This document shows positions 26,954 to 37,097 of a stretch of 51,498 nt of DNA, piece after piece. The DNA comes from Chlamydiota bacterium. Lineage in GTDB: Bacteria > Chlamydiota > Chlamydiia > Chlamydiales > RGXB01. The translations under genes were made by a program, and so were the position numbers. The stretch is taken from NCBI GenBank assembly GCA_947494155.1, contig CANLTW010000010.1, forward strand, positions 1 through 51,498, read 5' to 3'. Position 1 is the first letter of the stretch. Every line of letters starts with the position of its first letter. Under the pieces are notes generated by a model. That model was not told the origin of the DNA and made no database searches. It saw only the letters and a program-made list of their open reading frames with translations.

Positions 26954-27280
26954 AGTAAAGACCACTTTTGAGAATAGGTCTATTTAGAAAAGCCTGCGAT
27001 TGCGGATTGGTTTACCGCCATCGATAAGGAATAGGATATTTTGAAAGATGCTTTAAAAAAGAGTTCGCAATTTCTAAAAATAAGCTCATAAAAAAGATCC
27101 TGGCCATAAAGACCCTTACCAAGCGGGGTTATGGCTGACGGATAGACTGGGCCTTGTGGGTAACAATCTAAGAAAATCTTTTTTAGAGCCATGGAATACA
27201 ATCCAAGGCATAGATATAAAGAGCATTTGATGGAAATTTAAGGTTTCTGAATAATTATCGCAGGACACTAGGAGATATCT

Positions 27281-28087
27281 ATGGGTTTAAAAAACATATT
27301 TTTTCTTTGTTTTTGTTTGTATTCCTTTATAGATTTAAAAAGTCAACAACCACTGATCCAGGAGCAGCTGACCGTTAACTATAGATGGCATAGTAAAGAT
27401 CTATTTGCAGCAAAAGTTTATGCGACATTAAAAAAAATTTTATTTTGTATAAACCGCGATGAAAAAGCTCACCTTGGGGGCTTTTTTGAGAGTAAAACAA
27501 ACGCTAAGACAAATCTAGATGTTTTGAAAACCCAGCGATTGACTCTACGGCAGTGGACAAATGAGGATTTTGAGCCCTTTGCACGGCTTAATGCTGATCC
27601 AAAAGTTATGGAATATTATCCAAACACATTATCCAGAGAGGAAAGTGATCTTGCCGCACAAATGATAAAAAATAAAATCGAAGAAGAGGGTTGGGGAAGA
27701 TGGGCTGTTTCTATTCTCGGTTCTACAGATTTTATTGGAACCATCGGATTATATAAATTAGATTACGAAACATTTCCCACCTCTTTTAGCCCGGCTATAG
27801 CGATTGGATGGAGAATTTGCGTCGATCACTGGGGAAAAGGCTATGCAACAGAAGGGGCAAAAGCTGCCCTCGAGTATGGATTTAGCAAACTACAATTGAA
27901 GGAAATTGTAGCTACTTGCGCTGTTGAAAATGCTGGTTCAAGGAAAGTGATGGAGAAGATAGGGATGAAATATGATCCTGAAAATGATTTTACCCTGCCT
28001 AATGTGCCTATCGAAAATAAAATGTCTAAATGTGTTCTCTATCGAATCACCAAAAAAGAGTGGGAAAATCGGGCGAATAACCCTTAA
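27281..28087 (+). CDS. RimJ/RimL-type GNAT acetyltransferase with N-terminal signal-like extension
   Basis: TQRLTLRQW, NADPKVMEYYP, IGWR...HWGKGYATEGA, N.GSRKVMEKIGM; AGGAG RBS. Confidence 0.88.
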   Translation: MGLKNIFFLCFCLYSFIDLKSQQPLIQEQLTVNYRWHSKDLFAAKVYATLKKILFCINRDEKAHLGGFFESKTNAKTNLDVLKTQRLTLRQWTNEDFEPFARLNADPKVMEYYPNTLSREESDLAAQMIKNKIEEEGWGRWAVSILGSTDFIGTIGLYKLDYETFPTSFSPAIAIGWRICVDHWGKGYATEGAKAALEYGFSKLQLKEIVATCAVENAGSRKVMEKIGMKYDPENDFTLPNVPIENKMSKCVLYRITKKEWENRANNP

Positions 28088-28127
28088 CCCTTTTGCCGAA
28101 TTCAATAAAAGAGGAAATAAATCTAGC

Positions 28128-28271
28128 CACATCGATTGTTTTTAGTGTCATCATGAATGGGTCAAAAAAGGGGTAGGCTCCCCGCTTATGAAAGAGATTT
28201 TAAAAAAAAGAGCTAAAACCAATGAGATTCCGATTATTTTACTCAGAAGTGACCATTACGGCTAGGCCCTT
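28128..28271 (+). pseudogene. decayed duplicate of the 3' part (26720-26858) of the YafP-like GNAT
   Basis: ~140-bp direct repeat; the copy has TAT>TAG and small indels. Confidence 0.85.
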
Positions 28272-28335
28272 ATGCTCCCTAAATGAGAAGACCCTTGCAA
28301 CATTCTTCAAAGCCGTTCGACTTACTTGTTTTTGT

Positions 28336-29040
28336 TTACACGGTGTAGAATAATGAAATACCTACGTAGTTCGAGTAGCTGCCTAGTTGATATCCAGTAC
28401 TTCTACCGTAGAAATTATGCGTGCTTTTTGGATAGTATGAGTAATAATAGTCTAATCCAACACCAAAATGTTGGGTAATTTCATAGGCTATCCCGGCACC
28501 AAATCGACCCCCTACTATAGAATTTGTGTCGTTTGACGGGGGTACGGTTGAAATAGCTTCTTGATTTTCGGTTATATTTGAAAAGGAAATTCCTGCACGC
28601 CCATAGATCAACCACTCTGGGGAAATACGGTAACCAGGTAACAAATCCAAGTTCACATAATCTTCTATTTGGAAAGATGTTTCGTACGTTAAATTGGTTA
28701 CAGTAACACCCGGGCGTTTTGACCAAAGGATGTAGTGATTAGGAAAATAACTATTTGCTTCGACTCCTAGGTAATAAGTGTCGCGAAAGGTTTTTCCAAC
28801 ACCAGCAAAGATACTAGCTTGTGTATCGGTAGTGTTAAACGATTTACTGATTTGGTTAGATGTACTAGTATTGCAAACGGTGAGTGTATCGTGATACATG
28901 TTCCCACCGACACCAACTCCTACATATAAACCCTCTTTCATTCTTGAGGGTTCGTTGACGTTAAAACTCTCGGATTGCGCAAATAAAGCTGTTGTGGATG
29001 TCAATAAAAAAACTAAACAGATTTTTTTCGTTTTGTGCAT
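28336..29040 (-). CDS. outer membrane beta-barrel protein (OmpA/Omp25-like 8-stranded barrel)
   Basis: Signal peptide ending ALFA; GLYVGVGVG, YYLGVEA, LIYGRAG, GRFGAGI; aromatic C-terminal strand. Confidence 0.85.
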   Translation of the reverse strand: MHKTKKICLVFLLTSTTALFAQSESFNVNEPSRMKEGLYVGVGVGGNMYHDTLTVCNTSTSNQISKSFNTTDTQASIFAGVGKTFRDTYYLGVEANSYFPNHYILWSKRPGVTVTNLTYETSFQIEDYVNLDLLPGYRISPEWLIYGRAGISFSNITENQEAISTVPPSNDTNSIVGGRFGAGIAYEITQHFGVGLDYYYSYYPKSTHNFYGRSTGYQLGSYSNYVGISLFYTV

Positions 29041-29446
29041 TTAAACCCTATTTTTTAATTATCTTAAAGTTTCCATTCGTAAGGATAGGAATTAAATTTT
29101 CCCCTTTGGGTTCTGACCTAAATTTCGAAAATACCTTTGTATCATTTATTTTTCTTTGGGTGCAAATCCTAAGTAAATGGACATTTACTGCTATTTTCTT
29201 TTCCTTACATTCTTGAAAAAAATTTTTCTTATTAACCCCAACAGGGAATAAAAAGTCAACACTTTTCTTGGATTTTTCCTTTACCTCAATCTTTTCCCCG
29301 ATTACTTTTTGAAGATACCCATGATAAAAGGTTTTTCTCACATTTAATGCCTCAAGGGACATGCTTGTGGCGGTGATCTATAATTTTTGTTTTGCAAATA
29401 AAAAGGTTTAATCCTACTAGTTAGTTATTCAAAACGGTGAAATTCT

Positions 29447-29665
29447 ATGGCAGATAAATATCCTAAAAATAACGATAAAGCTGCAAAAAAACCAGAAATA
29501 CCCTCAAAAAAAGGGACAAAGATGGGTGGAATGCAGTCAATACAAACAACCATATTTCGTCCGAATAAAGATGAAGCTACTACCCCCCCCTTTCAGGGAT
29601 GTACAGAATACAAAAGTAAAGATGGTGATATTATTTGGGTGCCTGAAAACCCCAAAAAAAAATGA
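29447..29665 (+). CDS. small basic hypothetical peptide (Lys-rich N-part ending GG)
   Basis: 72 aa; GGTGA RBS-like sequence; KKGTKMGG. Confidence 0.5.
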   Translation: MADKYPKNNDKAAKKPEIPSKKGTKMGGMQSIQTTIFRPNKDEATTPPFQGCTEYKSKDGDIIWVPENPKKK

Positions 29666-29962
29666 TTTGAATAGATTTGGTTTATTTGTTTCTTTCAAAT
29701 CTATCAATAAAAAACAGACTATCCGGTTTTATTTTACGTCTCTAATACAGAGCGCGATGAACTTGGATCAACCTATTCCATATAATTTTTTATGATTAAG
29801 AGTAAAGTCTATGATATAAACCCTGCTGTTAACCTATGTATGCTGCCATGTATCCCCCCCCCTTCTTTAGAAGGAACAGATTGAAAAAGTTTAACCCCAA
29901 ACTTCAAGAGCCTGGGGTTTGAAAAAAGGAGGATCAAAAAATCCTTTTTTTGAGCATATAGA

Positions 29963-30364
29963 TCACAGACAGTGTGCTATAGCAGATTGTCTAGTGCTGA
30001 AAATGGAGGGGTTCAGAAAAAAGAATGTGATTAATTTTAAAATACTACCAGAAGTTGTCTTACCGTCCAAAGATTTATCTATAGAGTCAATCCAAGGCCA
30101 AAATGTAAATACATGAGCACAAGTGGTACATAAGGCCATAATCGGATTATTATGAAATACGGTCTTAATTAAAGCAAATACTGTTGAATTGACTAGCGTA
30201 GCTATGCCTGACAAACCCGCCCCACGTAATGCCGCTTTGCCACTAGCTCCGGTAATAACACGGATAGCAGCTGAGGCACAAGCGCCTTGCAAAGCTTTTT
30301 CCATGGTATCTTGGGGAAAGTGATCGAAAAATTGAGTTCTAAAATTACTTACTTGAATAGACAT
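29963..30364 (-). CDS. small hydrophobic membrane protein, possibly Inc-like
   Basis: Ala/Gly-rich hydrophobic segments; AAAAGG RBS-like sequence. Confidence 0.6.
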   Translation of the reverse strand: MSIQVSNFRTQFFDHFPQDTMEKALQGACASAAIRVITGASGKAALRGAGLSGIATLVNSTVFALIKTVFHNNPIMALCTTCAHVFTFWPWIDSIDKSLDGKTTSGSILKLITFFFLNPSIFSTRQSAIAHCL

Positions 30365-30699
30365 GATTTTTGCCTTTTATTAATGTTTAATATTTTATAA
30401 TGGATTTAACTAAATAACAATATTTATTTTTTAAAAAAAACTTTTTACATAACTTCTATAATAGAATGTTTTTTATAATCAATTTAAAGATTCGGTAATA
30501 TTTTTTCAATTAATTTGCTTAAAAAGTTATTACTATTTAAACTCGCTTAACCCAGTTTTTTTGTATTATAAAATACCCTACAAGGGATAAAAAAAAACAG
30601 CACCCTCTAAGATTTAGAACCTTAATGAATATCGTTTATCTAGACGATAATAAACGATTCCTTATCAAGATAAAATTTTTTTTAAAAAGGACGCCTTTC

Positions 30700-31293
30700 A
30701 TGCACTCCGTTACCACTACCTCATCATCTATTTTCCATCCAATTTTTCAGGACCAAGATAGCTTGGTTCATAAGGAACAAATTTTAGGTAAAAGACAGAA
30801 AGGTTTACAGGCTAATCTAGCCAACCTTTTAAAAGAGAAAAAAAAAGAAGAACGGGCTATTGGGCGAATTATTACAAAACAAAATAGCAGTTCGCAAGGT
30901 AACCAAGAAGTCGAGCCTCAACTGCTCAATGAGGCTGAGAAAAAAATGCATAAAATCAATAAGTTTTTTGCATTCGAAATACAATTATGACAAGCTTTGC
31001 ATATGTGTGCTATGATGCGGATGAAGCAGAAAATTATTGCCAAAATGACTTTGAAAGGCATCGAAGCTAACTCTTCTACAAAATCTATCGCGGACCAAAA
31101 GGAGCCTCCTGAAGAGAGAAGCTTGAGCCCCATAAACTCAATTAGATCCCTGGCCGGTTGCAAATTTCATGATCCTATCAGTTACGCAGGTTCTTTTCCC
31201 TTTAGACAACCCCTTTTCCACCCTTTAGATTTCCTAGCCCCCTCTTTGAGCATAGAACCTAAGAATTACCAAAAAAACTCTAAAAGCTCCTAA
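30700..31293 (+). pseudogene. hypothetical protein split by an in-frame TGA at 30988-30990
   Basis: ORFs 30625-30990 and 30997-31293 share a frame; likely start ATG 30700 (MHSVTTTSSS) after AAAAGG. Confidence 0.55.
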
Positions 31294-31318
31294 AGGGGTA
31301 AAAAATACCATTTTAAAT

Positions 31319-31339
31319 AGCCCCACACAAGCTGGGGCT
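31319..31339. terminator. terminator-like hairpin
   Basis: agcccca-cacaagc-tggggct downstream of 31293. Confidence 0.45.
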
Positions 31340-31586
31340 TGATACTACGAAGCCCTATCTCGGCTACATCCCATCGATACACATGGCCGTACCAAAGCTT
31401 TCCCCCTGATTAATTCCCCCCTAAGACTTGCCCTTGTGCTTTTTTTTCTGTTGGCTCGATTTATCGGATTTCTTTTTCATCATTTCGCCTTTTGAACTAA
31501 TCTATTTTTGATAAAATATTTACCAATAGTTTTCAAAGATTATTTTTACTCTCCTTAAAAAGGAAAGAATTTACACTACCTTTAAG

Positions 31587-32021
31587 ATTTAAAAACAGGC
31601 TAGTTGAAGCCTGTTTTCATAACATGTTCCAAATCCAAAAAGTCTACTCGTTTCTTACTACATCTATTTTTGATATAATGTAATTGCGATCGCCCAATTT
31701 TTCCAAATCAGAAGGGTATATAAGAACTTTATACTCTTTCAAAAGTGACGGAACTCTTGAAAAATTAGAATCAGGCCGAATTAGGCAGTCAAATTGGAAA
31801 AGGGAAAAAAAATCCTCAATGACGTTTAAGTTTTGCCGATTTTTAGAGGTTCTATAATGGACGGAAAAAGGTGCTGTTGCAATATTTTTTATATAATTCT
31901 CAATATCAGTAGCAATGACATTTGGCTCAGGATCATCAGTAAAAATATGAAAATAAAGTTCTCTGTCTGGATAAATATTTATTAAAGATATAAGAGCCTC
32001 ATGATAAAATTCTAGGGGTGG
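31587..32021. repeat. near-identical repeat of 32827-33261 (3' part of the gene plus terminator)
   Basis: Offset 1240; includes the hairpin aaaaacaggct-agttga-agcctgtttt in both copies. Confidence 0.95.
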
Positions 32022-32723
32022 TACATTGTTTGGTGCAGATCGAATACAATCTTCAGCATCGAAACCTCTTCCAGTTCTTGCGTGTACTGCGACAGTTATT
32101 TTATCTAAAGGACAATGACAAAGTTTTATAGCTTTTATCGGCCTTAACATTTTTAAAACAATCGATCTAAATCCTTGATCTTTCCAATCTATGTCAAAAT
32201 ATGACCATTTATCATTTCCGTTGGTGTAACAACTTCTTTTGCACCCGCTTTCAGGGAAATATGGGACAACGTAAAGGATGGAGCCAGATGAATTTTCCGG
32301 TCGCAAATCTGAGAGTCTAAAACCCTGAAAATGGGCATCTTGAAAGATTGTTTTATTAAAAATATTTTCTTTATGGGTATAACTATAATTACCTATTTTA
32401 GATTCCTTTTGACTAAGGACTAATGCGTCTGAATAGGGAAATGGTTTATATAAAAGCAGCATATTGTATTTATAAGAAATCCACTTCGCATGCAAATAAC
32501 TTAAAAGATTATCCCCAAACCGTCCCCCACTAAAATCATAAGTGACAGCAAAAGAATCTGTAAAACTTGGAAATGTTTCACTGATATCTTCGTTTTTGAT
32601 TACCTGGCTACTTGCTTTGGGTTCTAAGCTTTTCAAACCTGATTCCTGGGAGAACAGACAGGAAGAAGTCATCAGAACAAATACTGCCATTAACACGAAC
32701 AATAAACTATTTTTTCTCAACAT
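31644..32723 (-). CDS. GT11-like (alpha-1,2-fucosyltransferase-like) glycosyltransferase with signal peptide
   Basis: GGRFGDNL, VAVHARTG, FHIFTDD, EDF...DCLIR..SNFS. Confidence 0.7.
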   Translation of the reverse strand: MLRKNSLLFVLMAVFVLMTSSCLFSQESGLKSLEPKASSQVIKNEDISETFPSFTDSFAVTYDFSGGRFGDNLLSYLHAKWISYKYNMLLLYKPFPYSDALVLSQKESKIGNYSYTHKENIFNKTIFQDAHFQGFRLSDLRPENSSGSILYVVPYFPESGCKRSCYTNGNDKWSYFDIDWKDQGFRSIVLKMLRPIKAIKLCHCPLDKITVAVHARTGRGFDAEDCIRSAPNNVPPLEFYHEALISLINIYPDRELYFHIFTDDPEPNVIATDIENYIKNIATAPFSVHYRTSKNRQNLNVIEDFFSLFQFDCLIRPDSNFSRVPSLLKEYKVLIYPSDLEKLGDRNYIISKIDVVRNE

Positions 32724-32883
32724 AAAAACAACCGAAATTTAGCAAATTTAAAACCTTTTCAAACAGGGTAATATTGTAAAAACACCTTTTTAGTCTTATT
32801 TTAAAGACTAGAATCTAAACTATAGAATTTAAAAACAGGCTAGTTGAAGCCTGTTTTCTTAACATGTCCCAAATCCAAAAAGT

Positions 32884-33984
32884 CTACTCGTTTCTTACTA
32901 CATCTATTTTTGATATAATGTAATTGCGATCGCCCAATTTTTCCAAATCAGAAGGGTATATAAGAACTTTATACTCTTTCAAAAGTGACGGAACTCTTGA
33001 AAAATTAGAATCAGGCCGAATTAGGCAGTCAAACTGGAAAAGGGAAAAAAAATCCTCAATGACGTTTAAGTCTTGCCGATTTTTAGAGGTTCTATAATGG
33101 ACGGAAAAAGGTGCTGTTGCAATATTTTTTATATAATTCTCAATACTATTAGCAATGACATCTGGCTCAGGATCATCAGTAAAAATATGAAAATAAAGTT
33201 CTCTATCTGGATAAATATTTATTAAAGATCTAAGAGCCTCATGATAAAATTTTAGGGGTGGAGCAAGATGTGGTTCATTTTGACAAATATTCTGACAATC
33301 AAAACCTTTACCAGTTCTTATGTGTATTGCAACAGTTATTTTATCTAAAGGGCAATCACAAAGTTTAAAAAATTTTATTGGCCTTAACATTTTTAAAACA
33401 ATCGATCTAAATCCTTGATCTTTCCAATCAACGTCAAAATATAACCATTTCTTGGAACCGTTAAAAAACCAAGTTCTCTTGCAACCGCTCTCAGGAAAAT
33501 AGGGGACAAAATATAGAATAGAACCAGGAGGATTTTTTATGAGCAAATCTGAGGGTCTAAAGTAACGCAAATTCGAATCACAAACCATCTTTCTTTTAAA
33601 AATGTTAATTTCATGGCCGCAATAATAATCATTTATTTTAGTTTCAAGTTCACTTAAAGCTAATTCGTCGGAATAGGGAAATGGTCTATATAAAAAAAGC
33701 ATATTGTATTTATAAGAAATCCACTTCGCATGCAAATAACTTAAAAGATTATCCCCAAACCGTCCCCCACTAAAACCATAAGTGACAGCATAAGAATCTT
33801 CGAAAGATGGAAGATTTTCCAACATGTCATCGTTGATTGTTGGGGGTTTTTTGACTTTTGAATTAAAATTTTTGGAACCAGAATCGTTAGAAAACAAGCA
33901 GGAAGCAATCCCCAGAAAAAATACAGGGTTGACTGCATAAATTAACCACTTTTTTTTAGCCATAAAAATATTTGCAATCTCCAA
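32884..33984 (-). CDS. GT11-like glycosyltransferase, tandem paralog
   Basis: Same motifs (AIHIRTG, FTDD, SNFS); C-terminal ~115 aa almost identical to 31644-32723. Confidence 0.7.
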   Translation of the reverse strand: MEIANIFMAKKKWLIYAVNPVFFLGIASCLFSNDSGSKNFNSKVKKPPTINDDMLENLPSFEDSYAVTYGFSGGRFGDNLLSYLHAKWISYKYNMLFLYRPFPYSDELALSELETKINDYYCGHEINIFKRKMVCDSNLRYFRPSDLLIKNPPGSILYFVPYFPESGCKRTWFFNGSKKWLYFDVDWKDQGFRSIVLKMLRPIKFFKLCDCPLDKITVAIHIRTGKGFDCQNICQNEPHLAPPLKFYHEALRSLINIYPDRELYFHIFTDDPEPDVIANSIENYIKNIATAPFSVHYRTSKNRQDLNVIEDFFSLFQFDCLIRPDSNFSRVPSLLKEYKVLIYPSDLEKLGDRNYIISKIDVVRNE

Positions 33985-34186
33985 AACTTAAATAATATCT
34001 TCAAAAAATAACTATACAAAATTGATATAAAATCAGCAAAGAATAAAACGTAAAAAACCGCATTATTTATTTTTTAAAGATTTGAAAACATACAAAATAA
34101 GCGCCCCTCCCTTTTTTAAGGGCATTTCTACTTTGCAGGTACCTCTAGCTTCCAAAGTCTTACTTATAATAAAAAATAAATAGTTT

Positions 34187-35104
34187 CTAGTCAGTTCTTG
34201 ACCATTCGTGACAAGAGAGGTATGCGATGTTCCGTCGGCGAAGCTTTTCCATATTCATTAATGTTGTAACATTACGCCAAGAAAGAGGTCTAATATTTCT
34301 TTGATTGGTATTTAAAAGACAAAAATTAAAATACATTTCATACTCAGAAAAACTAGAACCACGTAACTCATTAAGGTCTATCGTTCGGCAAATCGCCTTC
34401 CACATAGGGCATTCATGAAATTCCTCTACCTGGTTTATAAAGTCTTGCAAAATACTTTTTTGGAACAACATATGGTGTGTTACCCCGGAATAGTCGGGAT
34501 GAACTCTCTTCAAGTAAGGAAGGACTTTTGGCATATGCGAAAAATAAGGGGCATGATACTCAGACCCTATGTTAAAAAGAACCCACCCCGAACTATCCAT
34601 AAATCTTGTCTTATTGAGAAAAATTGTATCTGCATCCAAAATCAAAACATTAGATGAAATCCCAGGAATCACAAAAGGTGCATAAAGTTTCAGTAATTGC
34701 TGGTAGATCCAGCCTATTCTTGATTTAGGCTCTTCAACAAAACACTGCGCCTTAGATCCATTTTTTAAAATTTCTAGCGCTATGCTATACTTGTTAAAAG
34801 GAAATAGAGCCTCATCAAACCACTCTGCGTCCGCTTCTAGTGGAGTTAAAGACACGACAATAATTCGGCGAACATTGACACCATAAGTACGTATTCCCTC
34901 AATCGCCCTCTTGAGGGTAAAAAGATCTTTATAGGTACAGGGAATAACCACATCAATAGGATCTTCAGGATACAAATCGTAGTTTTTCACAACAATATTG
35001 TGCTGAGCCCGAATCTCTTTAACAGATTTCTCTAGATTTGTTGCCTCAACGAGATTCATTTGCGCGCAAAACAGATAGAGGAGGGTTATCCATTGCATAA
35101 CCAT
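34187..35104 (-). CDS. GT-A fold glycosyltransferase-like protein (DUF6492-like) with signal peptide
   Basis: IDVVIP, GWIYQQLLKL, DxD (LDADT), HHMLF, FSEYEMY. Confidence 0.7.
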   Translation of the reverse strand: MVMQWITLLYLFCAQMNLVEATNLEKSVKEIRAQHNIVVKNYDLYPEDPIDVVIPCTYKDLFTLKRAIEGIRTYGVNVRRIIVVSLTPLEADAEWFDEALFPFNKYSIALEILKNGSKAQCFVEEPKSRIGWIYQQLLKLYAPFVIPGISSNVLILDADTIFLNKTRFMDSSGWVLFNIGSEYHAPYFSHMPKVLPYLKRVHPDYSGVTHHMLFQKSILQDFINQVEEFHECPMWKAICRTIDLNELRGSSFSEYEMYFNFCLLNTNQRNIRPLSWRNVTTLMNMEKLRRRNIAYLSCHEWSRTD

Positions 35105-35108
35105 AAAA

Positions 35109-36002
35109 TTATCGACTCTTTTCGCGTGATTTTTCTGAGAGTTTGACTAAAATATCTGCCCAATAATCCATCCTTAACTTCCTTTTATCAAAAGGTTTTG
35201 AGCGTATTTCTTCATATTTTTTTTGTAAAAATTCGTCATCTAATTCTTTAAAGTCATTTACTATCAACACCGGGAGGTTCTTGAATAAAGGGTCCATAGA
35301 CGAGCTTTTTACTATCGGAATAGCTCCCATCAACAAAGCCTCCCATGTGCGATGACAATCATACCCGTTCCCTCTAGGGCAGAGCACAAACATTGATCTA
35401 GCCAAATCTTTAAGAAAAGCAGGATACGCTTTCGGAGAAGATACTACGTATGACCTGTCTTTGAACAGGGAGAAAACCTCTCCCCTTTCCCCCGGGGAAG
35501 TAGCTATGTTAAAATTCATATAAATAAAAATATTTCTTTTTTCCGAATTCTGAAATTTTTTTATCGCCATCTCCACTCGACTAGGATCGCCATTTCGGTT
35601 ATACCTATTTTCTAAACCTATAGGTATTGGAATCAACTTAGGGTGAGATACCTCATAGGCATTTTGAGCAAGCCAGGCAATTAACCTGTCCTGTTCAAGC
35701 AACTCTCTACAACCTGAGGAGGCACTGAAATCAGAATTATGGGTTATAAGAATATAATCTGAAAAAATTTTTGGATGGATATTTTCGTAAAAATTACTGA
35801 TATAATCTGATTTTACAAAAATGGTATCACCCTGTTGCACTTCCCACGGCTGAAAGTTTTGACCAGTTTCATCAAAAATGTGCGTACTTATAGAACGAAA
35901 GCCGTCCCCGGTGATGAAGGGAAAAGAGGGGCGTCTATCAGCACTAAACCCCACCTGCTTAAAGCATATTAGAGTAAATAAAAACCATGCAAGTGCCTTC
36001 AT
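35109..36002 (-). CDS. exostosin/GT47-like glycosyltransferase with signal peptide
   Basis: LITHNSD, PIPIGL, FVLCPRGNGYDCHRTWEALLMGAIPIV. Confidence 0.8.
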   Translation of the reverse strand: MKALAWFLFTLICFKQVGFSADRRPSFPFITGDGFRSISTHIFDETGQNFQPWEVQQGDTIFVKSDYISNFYENIHPKIFSDYILITHNSDFSASSGCRELLEQDRLIAWLAQNAYEVSHPKLIPIPIGLENRYNRNGDPSRVEMAIKKFQNSEKRNIFIYMNFNIATSPGERGEVFSLFKDRSYVVSSPKAYPAFLKDLARSMFVLCPRGNGYDCHRTWEALLMGAIPIVKSSSMDPLFKNLPVLIVNDFKELDDEFLQKKYEEIRSKPFDKRKLRMDYWADILVKLSEKSREKSR

Positions 36003-37009
36003 ACGTTACCTGAGAAAAAAGCTTCCAAATTTTTACAATGAATATGAAGATTGTTTATTTTGATTTTTTGCCCTTCAAACATGGCATAGGGAACTTTTCT
36101 CCCTTTAGGATCAATTTGCCAAATAAAATCTAAAAAAGAGGGATTGAAGAGACAGGACTCATTAATAAAACCAGCAGGAAGGTGTCCGTTACGTGGATCT
36201 GCTCCACCAAGGTACTGCCCTAGGGCGGCTGCATCAAATATCGCTTCGAACAGCTCATAATTCTTAAAAAATTTTTTAGGATTGTCTGTTCGATGTTTAT
36301 AAGAACTAACTAGTGGGTGTTTTTCTGCATAACTGGGAAAAATGATAGGGAGATTATCTATATATTTTCCGTTTTCTACAAATTTGAATGCTGCCAAAGT
36401 GACCATGTCATTTTCTCCACTAAGGGATTTTTTTGCTAAAAAGCGAGTCAGGGAACCGATCGATTGGTCGTCATGAATATACAAGAAGCCAGGGATCACA
36501 CGTTCTTCATTATCAAATGTTGCAGCTATTCCCTTATAGTTAGCAGAAAAAACCTCTATAAACTCCTCTAGATCGCAATAAAGCATCACATCATTTTCCA
36601 TATGAAATACATTCTTCAAATCCTTTGAGGAAATGAGCGCGTTTAAATAGAAAAAACGTTCTGTAGCATAACGCCAAAAACCGTTGCGATAGAGATTGTC
36701 GAGTTTTGATTTTTTTTGGAATTTCGCATGATCGCTTGATAAAGGAAGGGACTCAGTAGAAACAAAGATGGGATCAAACTGGGCAAGATCCTTGGTGAGA
36801 CAAAGGTTTTTGTATGCTTGTGTTTGAGCTACTAAATAAATATCTGCTTTTGGATTAAAAAGCCTAGATTGCTTAATTGCTGTTGCCGTGTATTCAGGTA
36901 TCGATGGGCCAATATGCACAAAAACAATCGAGTAATCGGTTGTTTCTTTACCAAAAATTTTAAAAAAAAGGAGGAAGGAAAGGAGCAACGTATAAATTTT
37001 TCTAGTCAT
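35999..37009 (-). CDS. glycosyltransferase-like hypothetical protein with signal peptide
   Basis: FVHIG, FW...ERFF, HMENDVMLY, DAAALGQYLGG.DPRN, NLHIHCK; 4-nt overlap with the GT47 gene. Confidence 0.6.
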   Translation of the reverse strand: MTRKIYTLLLSFLLFFKIFGKETTDYSIVFVHIGPSIPEYTATAIKQSRLFNPKADIYLVAQTQAYKNLCLTKDLAQFDPIFVSTESLPLSSDHAKFQKKSKLDNLYRNGFWRYATERFFYLNALISSKDLKNVFHMENDVMLYCDLEEFIEVFSANYKGIAATFDNEERVIPGFLYIHDDQSIGSLTRFLAKKSLSGENDMVTLAAFKFVENGKYIDNLPIIFPSYAEKHPLVSSYKHRTDNPKKFFKNYELFEAIFDAAALGQYLGGADPRNGHLPAGFINESCLFNPSFLDFIWQIDPKGRKVPYAMFEGQKIKINNLHIHCKNLEAFFSGNV

Positions 37010-37097
37010 TTCTTTGCCATTTGTACTGTTTACTAAAAATAAAGTGCAACATCAATAGGAGTGAAAAAATTTAATGTTATGATGTATAGCAAATCCT

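Noticed and set aside
30988..30990. Selenocysteine or programmed readthrough at TGA
   Set aside because: No redox motif context or recognisable SECIS; a simple nonsense mutation is more likely.
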